Origin: Chrysomallon squamiferum
Lineage: Eukaryota; Animalia; Mollusca
NCBI GenBank assembly: GCA_012295275.1
Contig: CM022669.1
Coordinates: forward strand, 2,666,001 to 2,730,000
Reading direction: 5' to 3'
Length of the DNA: 64,000 nt
Of this stretch, positions 1 through 13,973 are shown one piece after another. A model generated the notes under the pieces. The model did not search any database. It was not told the origin of the DNA and saw nothing but the letters and a program-made list of their open reading frames with translations. The position numbers were made by a program, and so were the translations under genes. Each line of letters begins with the position of its first letter. Position 1 is the first letter of the stretch.

Positions 1-830
1 TGGGTATATAGTCCACATGTTTCTTGTCGTTCACTGGCTTCCCACCAAAAAAATGTGCCAAACAAAACCCTCATGTTTGCAGTAACATTAAATTTGTTTT
101 TGTTTCTATGTGAAGTGATTACCCACAAATGTTTCCAGCATGCATTTACCAGAATTCTGCGATTGAAACAGTTAATAACTGAACAATGGTCATGGATTCT
201 CATTACAGCATGATTGCTTTTGCCCACCAACATGCAAGTAGTGCTATTTTGGCAAGACCTCACGAGATCTCACAATTTGTGTCCTTGAATAACCCAGCAA
301 TGGGCACTTATGCTGTGGAATGTGAAACTATTGGTTTTATTATGGACTGAATGTGGATATCTGATAGTAAAAGCATTTGTTCAGTCTTTGTCTCCATTAA
401 TATAGCCAGAGTTCACTGTTCATTATGTCGTGTTTGATTATCTTTGATAAAGCAGATTTCAGATTCCCATTATGTTTGCACTCTAATTCTTTTCATTACT
501 TAAAACAGTGTCAGTTTCTTAATCAACCTTAATCATCAAAATATGTATCAGCTTTTTAAACCAAGCTGTTGTTTGTTTGACAGTTACAATGGTAATGAAA
601 ATAGCAATAGTAATTGTTGTTGTTGTTACAGACAAAGTTCATATATCCAGATACATGCTTATTCGGGCATCACAAATTTAAAACTAAACAGTGATATGTT
701 TTAAGTATCAGATATATTTTATTTCCTTTTTTGGTTTTCTTTACAGTAAAGTGTAACTCATAAATATTAATAGTTTTCATTATCATTTGATTGTGATGAC
801 TGAAATGTGTATTATATCATTTTCTCTCAG

Positions 831-1016
831 ATTATTCTTGTGCATTCAAAGGAGACATTTTGCTGCATGGCTTCTTGTATGTGTCTCCTAACTGGGTGTG
901 TTTCTATTCAAAAATCAAAGGACGAGGCAGGCTGGTGAGCTTTTTCATTTGTAAAAAGGTTTTCTGATGTCATTTTAATAAATGGAATAATTATTTTTAT
1001 GATATCTGTAGATTTA

Positions 1017-1052
<36 letters not shown>

Positions 1053-4000
1053 GCTTCTTCATCTCTTTAAGTTGCTATTTTTTATTGTTAAATACAAAAT
1101 ATTTTAGTATATATATATATATATATTATATATTTTATTATATATTATATTACTGATTACAAATTAAGTAAAAAATAATTAATTAATTAATTATTTTACT
1201 TAATTTGTAATCAGTACCTTGTCATTAGTTATCAAAATCCTTTGAATATCCTTTCTTGTATAGGTAAGTGGTATAAAAGAACTCTTACTGTTTATTTATA
1301 AAGAATAGTCTATTTAAAATAAGCAGCTGGTTTTTCTCTTCTAAAACAAAATTGTAACTATATTAAAACATTTTTAGATTTTGTTAAACAAATATTTGTT
1401 CATTTAATTTATATTTATTGTTGTTGGTTTAGCTGGAAATCAATATGGAGAAAGTTATTAGCATTACCAGAGAAAAAATGGCTCTATTTATCCCCAATGC
1501 TATTGGTATACAGACAGCAGATAAAAAGGTAATGGATGTTAATCATTAATGCCCATTATAGAAATAACTATTTACCTTCATGTCCTTTTTATGTTAAATT
1601 TTACTTTTTGTCTATTGATCCTATGTAGCTTAAGGAATGTACAAATTTATAATATGAAAGGTACAGATATTTAGTTAAGTTATAATAAAGTTGAATATTT
1701 AATGTTTAAGAATTCATTATCATGCATTTTGGCTCTTAGTATTACAAATATCTATTTATAAAATTCCTAGCCAGAATTTCAACATTTCTACACCTCAGTC
1801 ATCAGCTGTTAATAGATTTTCTTTGCATTATTTTTTTCATGAAAAAAAAACAAAAACTGAATCGGTTTATAGTATTTTGATGTAAAATTAAACATATTAT
1901 AGTTCACATTCTGTAGGTGATTTGATTATGAGAAATAATACCAATTTGATTAAATCTAAAAGTTTTATCAGAGCAAAGTAATTAGCTTAAAATTATTAAA
2001 TTTGATGACATTAATATTTATTGTCTAATTTTGAATTTAGTACTAGATTTACTGTACATATTTTCAGTATGTGTTTGGATCATTCATGTCCCGAGATACA
2101 ACATTCCGTTTGCTTGTGAGTTTGTGGCGGATGTCACAGGATTCTGTGAGTTTGATTTATTAATCTTCTCTTAGATCACTGACAGCTCTAGCACACATGT
2201 CACAAGTGTAAATATTGCATTAAAGTGTGTTATAATTAACATATACACTTCCCAATGATTATTTTTATTTGATATTTAAATTTGTAAATTTTTATTTTTT
2301 TATTTATTTGTTTGTTTATTTTATGAAGACATACCTTTCATAATAGAATTAACATGACAAAGTCACCATAATTTTGTCCTTATTTTAGATAATAATTGAT
2401 ATTGTAAATGCACAAGAAAATGTTTTTGTTTTTCTTGTCTACTTTGTTATTAACAATGGTTGATTTTAAGTTTATTAAACATAACATAACTTTTTTTTTC
2501 TTTTTTTTTTTTCTCTAGCATGGTTATTGTGTAAATTAATTCACAGTCAATCATTTTTTTAAACTGTCTGCTAAAATCAATCATTTTCATTATCGAGACA
2601 ATGCTTATTATTCTTATTTTAGTGGTGAGAAAAACTGTGTAATGTGTGTTTATCAGTACTGTTACTGCATTAGGAATAAATTGCTGTTTTTATAGAATTT
2701 AAAAGTATCAATTTCTTTAAATCATTATTAATATTGTATATGAATGTTTTTATTTTGGAAAAAATTTAACCTAGTATGTTTTGTTTTTCTTCTTCTCTTG
2801 TGCATATTGTCCCCATTCCTATTTGTAAATATTTTATTAATATATTTAAGAAAAATAACTAAATGATCATGTGACATAATTACATTATTAATAAAAAAAA
2901 AAAAAAAAAACTTTTACAATAAAAGTAATTCATCTTGTATTTTGTTTGCATTCATCAAAACATGAAATGTTATGTAAATAAGTAATATAGTCCTAGCTTA
3001 AAAGGTGACAGGTTCCATGATGATTCATCAACACAGGATATATGTCCTATTTCCCTTTTAATATAGCATCATGTCAGGTTTAGTAAATGATATATTGTAT
3101 TGGCTTACATAAAAGAGTATTTGTTGCTGATTTTTAAAGTAGCTTATGAAGTGGAAGCACCAGATTTTCTCTGTCATACGATTACAAATTTAGAAATGTT
3201 TCATTACTGTCAAAAACATTTTTTGGATTTTATTAAGTATTAATATGCAAAAATCTAAGTAGGCATTTTTACAAACATGTTTTTAACAATTATATTTCAT
3301 TATCAAGAATAATTTAACAATAAGAAATATTACAAGTTCTTACTTTAAATTTTTTTAAAGACAAATAAGAATATTTTGTTTATTGTGTAATGGGATATTA
3401 CAGAAACGTTTCATCAGACATGACTAACAATTGCTGTTTTGCATGTTTTATTGAATACCAGGTTTACTTGTAACTCGGTTTCATTCTCTCGTCTTTTCCT
3501 TGTTAGCCTGACTCAATTGAATCTAGCATCAGCTCCGTTTCAGAGTCGGTGTACTTTGTAAGTGACTAGAAATGTTTGTTACATTACTCCACCTTTTTGC
3601 ATGGCTTCAATCAAAATAGAGTTTGCTGACAAGAAGACAGTTTGCCATTACTAACATAGTTAACTTGTAAATAATGTTGAAATTCATTTAGTTTTGGGGG
3701 GGGGTTTGTTCTATTTATTCATAGAAAGAATATACATATTTTATTTACTTTATTTATTTAATGTTTTTTTGTTGTTAAGTGCAGGTCACTGTATGATGGT
3801 AACATGTTTCATTTCTCTTGCCATAGTACATTATTGATATTTACTAGTAATTAATATATATTTTGTTTATTCATCAAACCAGATATTTTATTATTATTGT
3901 TACTGGATGTTTTTCAGAACACTGAATTTGTAATATTTAAATTATATATGTATTCATCATGTGTAGAAAAAAGTAATTCTGGCTGAAAATATTTTTGAAA

Positions 4001-6201
4001 ACTATCTTTAATTTTTTAATTTTTGTTTTTGATTTTTGTTGTTGTTTTTACATTTGTTATTTATTGAAATTTAATTTTTTTTTTATTCTTGTGTTTGTTT
4101 AATTTTAATTTTTATTTCCTGCTGTATAAATATATTATTACAGTTACAAAAATGCTTCCAAGTAGTCAAAAAGATTGTGGTTTAATTGTTTTTGGCAGCC
4201 CATTCTTATGGGTGAAAATTAAAAATTGATTTTCAGTTACATTTGGAAGAAAAGAATTTTGCGTTTGTGTGTTTGTGTGCATGCAGGTGCATGAGTGTGG
4301 CTGCATGTGTATTAAACACAATAAAAAGATAAACCAAAGTACATTTAATAAGACTTCATTTAAAAAAACTGATGACAACAATTGGCGTTACTGTAAAGAC
4401 ATAACTATATTGCATTTTCTGCTCGGTGATTCTCAATGGCATTTATAGTGGTTTTATGTTTGGCAGGGTCATTCACTTCACTCCTAATGCATTTGCATGA
4501 TTCAGTCTGTTAGTTTCTTTGCATGAGAATTTTTTTTTTTTATCATTTAAACACAATGTTGTAGGATTTGTAGCTACTTTAATACCCACTGGGAACATTC
4601 ATAAAAATAGGAACTAAAAATAGAAAAATAAAAGGATAAAGAATAAAATTTATAAAAACAGATGGAACTTACAAATAAAGAAGATAAAGAAAGGAAAAAA
4701 AGATAAAGAATTTTGAAAAAAGAGAGAGAGAAGGAATAAAACAACATTTTTAACAAAATGTTGTTAAATAAATCACAACCAATGCTTGAAAGATGACTTT
4801 GTATTTTGGTAAATATTTATATATAAACCTTTTGACTTAAAAGATGTTTAATGTCAAATAAAAGAACATTAAACACTGTTTCATTACATATAATGACACT
4901 ATACTGACACTGGATGATATTCTTGTTGTGATATCTGGGCTGTTAAAACATTTGTTACATTGACTGGGCATTCCAGCTGCTAACTATTCAAACCTGAGAA
5001 CACTAACAGCAAGAAAAAAATCATTTCTTTTGAAACGTACTTCAGTTTAATTCACAAAAACTGGTTAAAGATCTTTAATTTCTTTTATACCAACGAAAAT
5101 GTAATAACATTATAAAATAGGAAGTGAACTTGATATTTCAAAATGTTCAGCAATTAAGATGTAAAAATATACAAACAGAATGTTTTTTGTTTTTGTTCCT
5201 GTTTTAAAAAATAAAATATAATCTGATTGGTTTCATTTTAGTTCTGCATGTTACAGAAATCATCATAAAATAACAGTGTAGATGTTAAAAATCAAAATTG
5301 CATTTTTCTTTCATCCTGTGTTAACAACATAAAAACATAATAACTAAATTAAAATAACAATGGTCAAAGGTGTGAATGAATATTGAAGAACGGAAAATGT
5401 ATGATGGCTGTATTGGAAAATGTTGGTGAAGGTGAAAATTTAAAAAAAAGAACCGCAATAATAAAAAATAATAATAATAATAATAAAACTTTAAAAAAAT
5501 TTAGAAAAAAAAACAATAAAACAAACAAAATAAACTATATTTTTATGTTTGACTAATGGTCATGGCACAGACAAATAACAATAACCATGCTTTAAAGTAT
5601 AACTTTATTCATGTTTCTGTTTGTTTATATTGATTGCCTTGAATTATTATATAATTACAACCATATTCATTTTGGCATCACTTCAGTAGTGATGTAGATG
5701 GAAGGTTTTATTGAAAACCACTCTATAAATACTAAATGTGTCTCTAAATCAAAATTATTATTTCTATTCTTATTACTTAATGAAAATAATGATGTCGAGT
5801 TTCAAGATGCACCACACATTTCTGATGTTTACAATGTCAGTCATATAATTACCTGTAATTACATTTACGTTACCTTCAGTTATTTACTGTAAATAACTTG
5901 ACTGTTTCTGTAGGAAACTGTGACAAAGGTAATTGAGAAAGGAAATCGGGCCATGATAATTGACCACACTCTGACCGTACCCAGCACCACCGACGACTCT
6001 TCAGATGACAGTGATTCTAGTTCTATGTGTCTTCAGTGTGGGCCAATTGACATGGGTGACAGAGGTGACACTGTCACTGACCGAAGTCGTATCAAATTTG
6101 CTGAGTCAAAGATCATCTCACACAAAGTGATAGAGGAACCAAGGCCATATTTTTATTTAATTCACTGTGAGTGCTGAAAATATTATTATGGCTGCATAGA
6201 G

Positions 6202-6263
<62 letters not shown>

Positions 6264-8749
6264 TTGGTGTGTGTAACAAGCACATTATTTCTTCATAAGT
6301 ATTTTGTTGAATCTTTAATTATCAGTAGCTTGTTATAAATGTAGACTTTAAAAAGATTATTTTGTTTTCATCAAGTTCTTATTTATTTAAAATGTATATA
6401 TACTGTTACTTTTTGGTATTACTATTGTTGTTTTTATTATTATGTTTTTAAATAATCTTTTACACTGTTTTTTCCAGGTTTGGATTTCAGAAAGATTTGT
6501 CGAGCCTTTTTTCACTTTGCTTTAAAACTTCAAAAGTAAGTGTTTTGTGATAATAAAACAATAATTTAATCAGATGTTATCTTTTGGATAAGGAGCTTTA
6601 AAATTACAGTAAGAGAATCTTTTTAAATGCTTTATCTATATTATTATGGATTTGCAGTATTTTTGGATGTTTCAGAATATAATTCCAAGGTTTTGAAATT
6701 TTTCACCTTATAATTACTGTCTATTTAATCTGTGAATTAGATGTTTTATTCTTTTTGAAAATATCAGTATTAATTGTAATTATATTCAAAGATATTTTGA
6801 AAAGATAAATGATTAATTTGTGTTATTTATTTATTCTTATTTTTTCAGAATGCCAAGAACCAGTTTGTTGTTGGCTGTTTGTAGTATTTTGTAAGTAATT
6901 ATTAAAGTCTGTTTATATTGTATGGAATATGAATGATTATAGAATCAGTTGTGTTAATATTTATAAATATAATATTGTTCTGACCATAGTTTTATTTTCT
7001 CTTCAATTTACACATAACCCATAGTTATATATTCATTTTACATTTTATCTGATGACTAAAAATATATCTAATTTGAATCTTATTATACCAAGGATAAATA
7101 TGTATTTTCTAAAGGTTTAATTATTTTTTATGGATGAATGAAAAAGTTCAAATTAAAATTAACATTTGCTGAAAAACCATACTTTTTATCATAAAAAAAA
7201 AAAAAAATGATATTTGCATTAGTAATTATTACAAACAATGAGTGAAAAATGTCTAATTAGGATTAACATTTTCTGAAAAGACAGGTTATTTCGATTGTTT
7301 GTATTATTTAGACTTTGGTGTTTGATATTTCAGAGTGTTTTTTCTGCTGATATCTGCTGTTTGCATGGCATATAAAATACTGTTGATCCAAGCAAAACTA
7401 GAACTGAGTTCTGTGTGGACTCAAGGAGCTAGTTACAAGTAAGTTTTACAGAAACAAGTGAATAAAAAACATAGAGGAAACATGCTCCTGCCATGTAATA
7501 GCCTATTAGGACTTTTATCTATTAATATACATCTGGTATCAGTGGCAAAAGTGCAGTGACATCATCTACATAATAAATTGTTAGTAGATTGGCATTAACT
7601 AGGAGATGAACGTTGTGGCTTTTTAGTTTGATCTTTTACCCATTTCAAGTTATTAGTATTATTGCTTCTTTCATTAAGAATACAATTGTAATCAAGATTA
7701 ATGTGTTAATGAACTGGTTATTACTTTATGAAACACGCTAGTAAATGTACAGTGTATATGGATATTAAGAATATATAAAAGGCCTGATGTTTAATATAAT
7801 CTGTATAAAATATTACTTTACTAAAGTATCTTTAGTTTAAAACTTGTACACAATTAAATGACAACAAATTTTGACTCCTTTCTTGCATGGTTTTCTACTT
7901 CTACATCACTTGTAAGTGTTATCTTTCACGCAATATGTTACCACTGGTCTATTTTGGCCAGTCACCAAAATTCAGAAAGTCAGAGGTTGGCCACAAGCTG
8001 CAGAAGAAAAACAAATTAGTAACAAATGTTGTTAAATTATCTGCCATTTGAAATTTTCACTTCTTAGAGACAGCTATTCTGCAAACATTTTTTATATTCA
8101 AACACATTCATTTAAAATTAAATACTTCATGAATCATTATTTTCAATATAGTCATCAGGTCTGATCCATGTAGTAACTGTATGTGAGGTAATATGTTTGG
8201 TTTGTGAGTACACTGTTTTGTGTTTGTAGTGAATTTGTGAAAGGTATGATCTACACACATGAAGCAGGAACACATGCGTCAGTGCTGAATCATCTACACT
8301 CAGTCCTCAAGTCAAACATACAACTGTTAGAACAGGTGAGAATCAGTTCATCACTTGTGTAATGTGTTCAGTGGAAACAGAAATGAAATTTAGTATCATT
8401 TTAGAATTATAAGTTTGCTGAGCATCTGTGTGTAGTCAGAAACATTCTAGTACCTACACCATTTCAAAAAATGATATACATCAGAATATATAAATTTCAA
8501 ATTGGAAAAAAGTTTCTGTAAAAAAACAACAAAGAACCCCAAGAAATAACAATAATAATAATAATAATAATAATAATGAATTTCATTTCACACCTTAGTT
8601 TATCAGTTTTGAAGCCTTTAGAAAAGTACTTAGATATATAACATTTCTCCATTCTAATTTGATTTTGTTTATTTCAGATCCAGTCATCCCTGCAGTCACT
8701 GTACAGCAAGTCTGTGTTAAATACATGTAGCAAGGTAGAGTGTTCATAA
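831..8749 (+). CDS. GRAM domain-containing membrane protein, GRAMD2-like (GRAM + TM + C-terminal amphipathic helix, no VASt/ASTER domain); 5' exons lie outside the window
   Basis: Phase-consistent GT-AG exons: 831-934 (YSCAFKGDILLHGFLYVSPNWVCFYSKIKGRGRL), 1433-1528 (LEINMEKVISITREKMALFIPNAIGIQTADKK), 2068-2145 (YVFGSFMSRDTTFRLLVSLWRMSQDS), optional 3507-3557, 5914-6166 (Ser/Asp-rich linker), 6478-6535, 6849-6890, 7334-7438 (TM across the last two: SLLLAVCSILVFFLLISAVCMAY), 8230-8335, 8678-8749 (IQSSLQSL...KVECS*). The first three exons match the GRAM consensus YSCAL-x-DILLQGRLY-x-NW-x-CFYS...IPNAI...F-x-SRD. Confidence 0.9.
3507..3557 (+). CDS. Candidate 51-nt in-frame cassette exon of the GRAM gene (PDSIESSISSVSESVYF)
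   Basis: Acceptor tctctcgtcttttccttgttag, donor gtaagt, phase 0/0, open frame; flanked by TGCATG and ACTAAC motifs. Confidence 0.65.
6205..6260. repeat. (GT)n microsatellite
   Basis: Perfect dinucleotide run just downstream of the 6166 donor. Confidence 0.95.
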
Positions 8750-11063
8750 AACAAAGCTGAAATTATCTGCACTGCATCATAAGTATTGTCATTGTGCCAT
8801 GTACACAACACTGTTGTGTTCATAAAATTTGTGGGCTGAAGAGATTTGTTCAAAAATTGTGCTTTATAACTTTTGGACAAAAAGAAGAAAAGAAATATTT
8901 GAAATTTGTTTTGGTCAACTTTAAGAGGTTGCAAGTTGTTTGTTTTTGCCTCAGTTGTTAATCTTCAGAGTAAAATAGAGTATGAACATTCCAGCAATTT
9001 CAAAAAATCATTCCAAAATACCATCTCATAATTATGTTTTCTGTGATCATCATTTATCTTCATTTATCCTGAGTTATCATTAATCAGTTTTCTTTTTCTA
9101 ATTTTGTGTTTTTGTCACATTCATAAACTGTGTTTCAGTTATTGTTTATTTCTGTGTTTTCATCATCACTCAGTTCTATTCCTTTCATTGAAAATCAGTT
9201 TGGGCAATATCAGAGCTCATACAGACATACACACACTAATGATTATGTACATATATGCATGCATGTATGTATTTATATATGTATAGCTGTTTTATTTTTT
9301 GTCTTTGTAAGTATGTGATAATTGTCAGATTAATCATTGCTCAGCATTCAGCATTTCACTTGAGTTGAATTAACGATTTCTAATCCGTCCAGCAACATAA
9401 CATGTTTTATGTTTGTCATGTTATTTGTCATGAAAATACTACCTCTGATTCCAATCACTGTCTTTTGTAAAGTCAGGAGAAAGGAGAAAATGCTTTAAAA
9501 ATTTAAATGAAAGTGGGCAAAAATGCTCACCTTGATTTGATGGAGTCATTTATGAAAGTTGGGTTGGTTTTACTTTACTTATTAATATTTGCAAGGTGTT
9601 TCTTTATTTTGACACATTTGGAGCTGTGATTTATAGGTGTGAACACTCATCTATTTTCTTTGTACTAGGAAGAAAAATGAATTAGCAATTATTTTCATAA
9701 TAATATATTTTTTTCCAGTAAACAAAACCCAATAACAGGTCTAATAATTTAAATAAATATTGAAAAAAAAAAAAAAAAATGGTAAGAAAGAAAGAAAAAA
9801 GAAGAGAGAGAGTAGAAAAGATTTGCATTTAAATAATTTATTTTAAAAGTTAATTAATGTTATTTATTAAGTAAAACAATGAACAGTGTTTTGCATAATA
9901 TATTAGTTGCATAAAACATTACAAAAGTTTGTTATTGTTATAATTTCAAAACAAGAGCATAACTTTTTGGTGTATGTTTGTCATGTTTTGCTTGTTTCAA
10001 ATTACTTTGTCACCTATCAATCAACTAGTCACAGGTTCATGATCTCAAATCACTTATTAGATATGGCCTACAGTAGCAAATTATAAATATAGCTTACAAT
10101 AATAGACTTTAAAAGCAGACTGTGAATTAAATATAATGTGTAATAGCTGATTATCAAATTATGTGTCATTACATAAGCAGATTATCAAATAGAACTACAT
10201 AGATATACAGTAGCAAATTATCAAATAGAAATTTGTTATAAAATATGATATTAATCCAAATACTTTACTTGAACTTGTTATGATAGTGTTAATATTTCAA
10301 CAGAATTAATGATGATAAAGAAAACAGATTGTAAAATGTGAGTGTATGAATGTGTTACGGGAATTTTTGTAGTCATAAAAGTAATTATTCTCTATATTTT
10401 GTTATAATAACCAGGCATTAGTTATAATAAAACTGTTCATTACAGATTTATTTTTAAATATACTGTTGATCAGTTTTGAATTGATACCATTCTGTTATCA
10501 TTATTATTGTTACTGTTATTATTATTATTATTATTAATTTATAACATATTTTTTAAATGCTACTCTGGTGTTTTTGATTATTATTATTGGTTTTTTCTTC
10601 AGTTTCATATTATTTTGTTATATTAATTACATATCTGAATACAATTTTTATTATTATTATTATTATTATTAATTATTTTTCTTGTCATTTTTATGTGTGA
10701 TTTCTTCCAGCAACTCAAATTCTGATTTGTTTACAGAAATATCTTACATCTAGAAAATAATTAGATAAAATGTTGCATATTATGTAGTGTCTCTGTTAGT
10801 GTACCACTGTTTGTTTAATCATAGAAAAAATATATTTATTTAAATTAAATTTTGAACGATTATTATGATTGTTTTTTTTTTCAATGAACCAAATGTTGTT
10901 ATAATCTACATGTCAAAATTGTTTGTTACTGTTACGTTTTTCACAGATTATATGATATAGTTATTACTTGTTATTTTCTGCTTACTGCAGAGCCATAAGA
11001 ATGCGTTTTTGTATGTCAGAATTGACAGCAAGGAAATTAAGAATTTGTTTTCTCTTTCAACAG

Positions 11064-11108
11064 GTTGAAAATCCTGGCCAAAAGCATTATGGCCATCTGT
11101 ATGTTTAA
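11064..11108 (+). CDS. Candidate alternative last exon of the GRAM gene (VENPGQKHYGHLYV*)
   Basis: Acceptor ttgttttctctttcaacag; phase 0 matches an internal donor AAG|gtagag at 8735 within the 8678 exon. Confidence 0.5.
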   Translation, partial: VENPGQKHYGHLYV

Positions 11109-12239
11109 ATTCAAAATTGTTTTAATTTTAATCCATTAGCAAAAAAAACCCAAAAACAACAAAAAATTTACTATTAAAGTTACACATAATTAGGTCACAT
11201 CTTGCATACAAGCTGTGTTTTTCATAAAGTTAATGGTTTCTTTTAGAATATTTGGTTCATATTGTGCACACAGGATTGAGGATAAAGGATTTTCATCCTG
11301 TGCTGTTCTGGAGAGGCTTTCTACCTAAAATTAAAATGATCTTCCCTAATATTCTATTATGATAATATTTAATTAGTTCTGCTGAGTGAATTTGTCAATT
11401 CTTTATCTTATTTGCTGTTCACATCTACTGAGATTTAACTTCCATTCTTATTGTGACGAGCATCATAATTTTGTTTATTTCTTTAAAGTAACATTTGTTG
11501 TTGCTCTGAAATGTGATGAGATTTCACAGAAGATTTTCCATTAATATTTGCCATGTTTTCTATGAACGTTATTACTATGAAGGTTGTTTTATTTTCTGGA
11601 ATTTATTTAGCAATGCAGATTCATTATATTTTAAAATGTATAGTTCATTCCTTATTCTTCATTATATATGCCTGTATATACTTAAACTTATACACAGACA
11701 TTTATCCTTTTCATTCAGTTTGCTTTATGTGTTTTTTATCTTTTTTGTTTATTCCATATTCAACCAAATTCTTGTACCAGTTTTAGTATAAAAAAACAAG
11801 AAGAAATACCAGTTATAACTATTAATTAATTAATTAATAATAATAATTTTAATATTGTTATTATCACTATTGTAGTTTCTTTCTATACTTGCTGGTTTAT
11901 ACAGTGTCCACTCATTAGTCAGTTTTACTTATATTGTGTTGTTGCAAACCAATAGCAATAGTTAAAAAAAGACTGAAACATAAATATTCTTAGAAAGGAA
12001 AAGTTTAAATAGTTTCTCTGCACATAAAGAGAAATGCTGTGGAGAACAGAAAGCTCTGAGTCAGTCACTGCTGTCATGCAGACTGCTGCAGGCAGTTGTA
12101 AGCATGGCTTCTTCCTGACATTGCTGCCTTGTTATTAAATGTCAACACTACATATTAAGTATTGTGCTATGAGCACTTTATTTTGTTTTGTCTGTGGAAT
12201 AAAGTATTGTTATTAACTTTTTCATGCTTACTTCAAAAG

Positions 12240-12277
<38 letters not shown>

Positions 12278-13929
12278 TAAGATTTCTATAATATTTGCAT
12301 AATTTGTATTTATTTATTTTTGTTATCATCTTTTAAATATATATTTGTAAATTTAAGGTGAAAATAATTTCTAATATAAACTGATTTGCTCTGAACTTAA
12401 TAAAACACAATTTTTTTGTTTGTTTAGTCTTTGTTACTGCTTTTTGACTTAAGTTTGTAAAATACACAAACTGTAATGATCTAATTTTTTAATCTTTATT
12501 TTTGTGCAAGAGTTACTTAAGAATGAGTGACATGGATACTGTATGACAACTGATATGTAAGCAATTTGTTTGAAATATAATTAGTTCAGTTGAAATGGCA
12601 AAAGAATAATGCTGGTTTTTACAGTGTGTATATTTATGATGTATACAGGCGTATGTATATAGAGCCAGGGCAGCAGGTATTTTCTTCATATTTTTCATTT
12701 TACAAAGATTTCACAGTTCAAAACACTGGTAATCAAATGCACCAGCATGACAATCTAAATTTATTATTTTAATTTTTTTTTTTTTTTTTTTTCTGGCATA
12801 AATAATTAATCCTTGTCTGATATCAATTTTATATTAATTTTCTATTAATATTTAATGTTTTTTCTTTTTTTTAGATACTAACATATTTAGCTAAAGTTAA
12901 AACTGCCAGTTTGATGATACGGTTCCCCACTCTGAGGTGCAATAAAAAAAAAAAATTCTTTCTTTTACCGATTTTTTAAATATTCTTTAAATTAAATTAT
13001 CATTTTTAAAATTATTTTTTTATCTTTATCTTCCAGTAACAATACTGAAACCTGTAGCTTACTGTCACTTTTTTCTAATTCTCTGTTACCATATACCTTT
13101 GGCATAAAGGGCAATTTCAGTAAGCATTTATTATTACAAAACACATATTGTAACAGTTTCTGGACAAAAATTATTATTGTTGTTGTTGGGGGTCCATTAA
13201 TTTTAAAAACTAGTAACAAGATATTTTAAAGCCATGTGATAGTCCAAGTGAAACTCCAAGTGGTATATTTCCTTCACTTCATCTTCACAGACCTTGGTAA
13301 ATATTTATCTAAATGTTAGACATGTTAAGGAAACTATTATTATCAATGCATTTATGAACTCTCAGGTATTTTAAATGCATTGGGAACCTTGTTAGTGAAA
13401 AGAAATACCAGGCTTTTGTTTCTTCTTCTTCTTTTTTATTTTCTTTTTTTTCTTTTTTTTTGATCTTTTAAAATGAAATGTTATTTTTGGTTTATTATTA
13501 TTCTTTGTTTTCATTCTTTAATTTTTATTTATTTATTTATTTATTTATATTTTTTATTTTTTTTCAGTGATATTTTTGCAAAGAGTTTTACATATTTTCT
13601 GTTTTCAAGTGTCTTTTTTTTATCATAATGCAATTAACAAAATTCACATTAAGAATCATACATTTTAATGTAGAAAATGTTGAATGCAGGCATTTTATAA
13701 TTAATTTTTGGTGCTTAAATTAGTAGTCAGACAAGGATTAAAACAATATGACGCCAATCAAATCATCTGTGTAATAGTTTTCATTTTAATATATTTGTTA
13801 ATTATGCAAATTTACTGATGTATCCAGGTATTTTGAAGGAGAAATAAAAATGCTGAAAATTTTTGTTGTTTGTTTTCAATGAATATATAGGTTTTTTGTT
13901 TGTTTGTTACATATTTGTATTTATTTATT

Positions 13930-13973
13930 TTGATTTGATTTGATTTGATTTGATTTGATTTGATTGATTGATT
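13930..13973. repeat. (TTTGA)n / (TTGA)n microsatellite
   Basis: Direct reading of sequence. Confidence 0.9.

Noticed and set aside
10711-10760. Further alternative last exons of the GRAM gene (QLKF*; KYLTSRK*)
   Set aside because: Acceptor-like sites are common in this T-rich sequence and the peptides are too short to assess.
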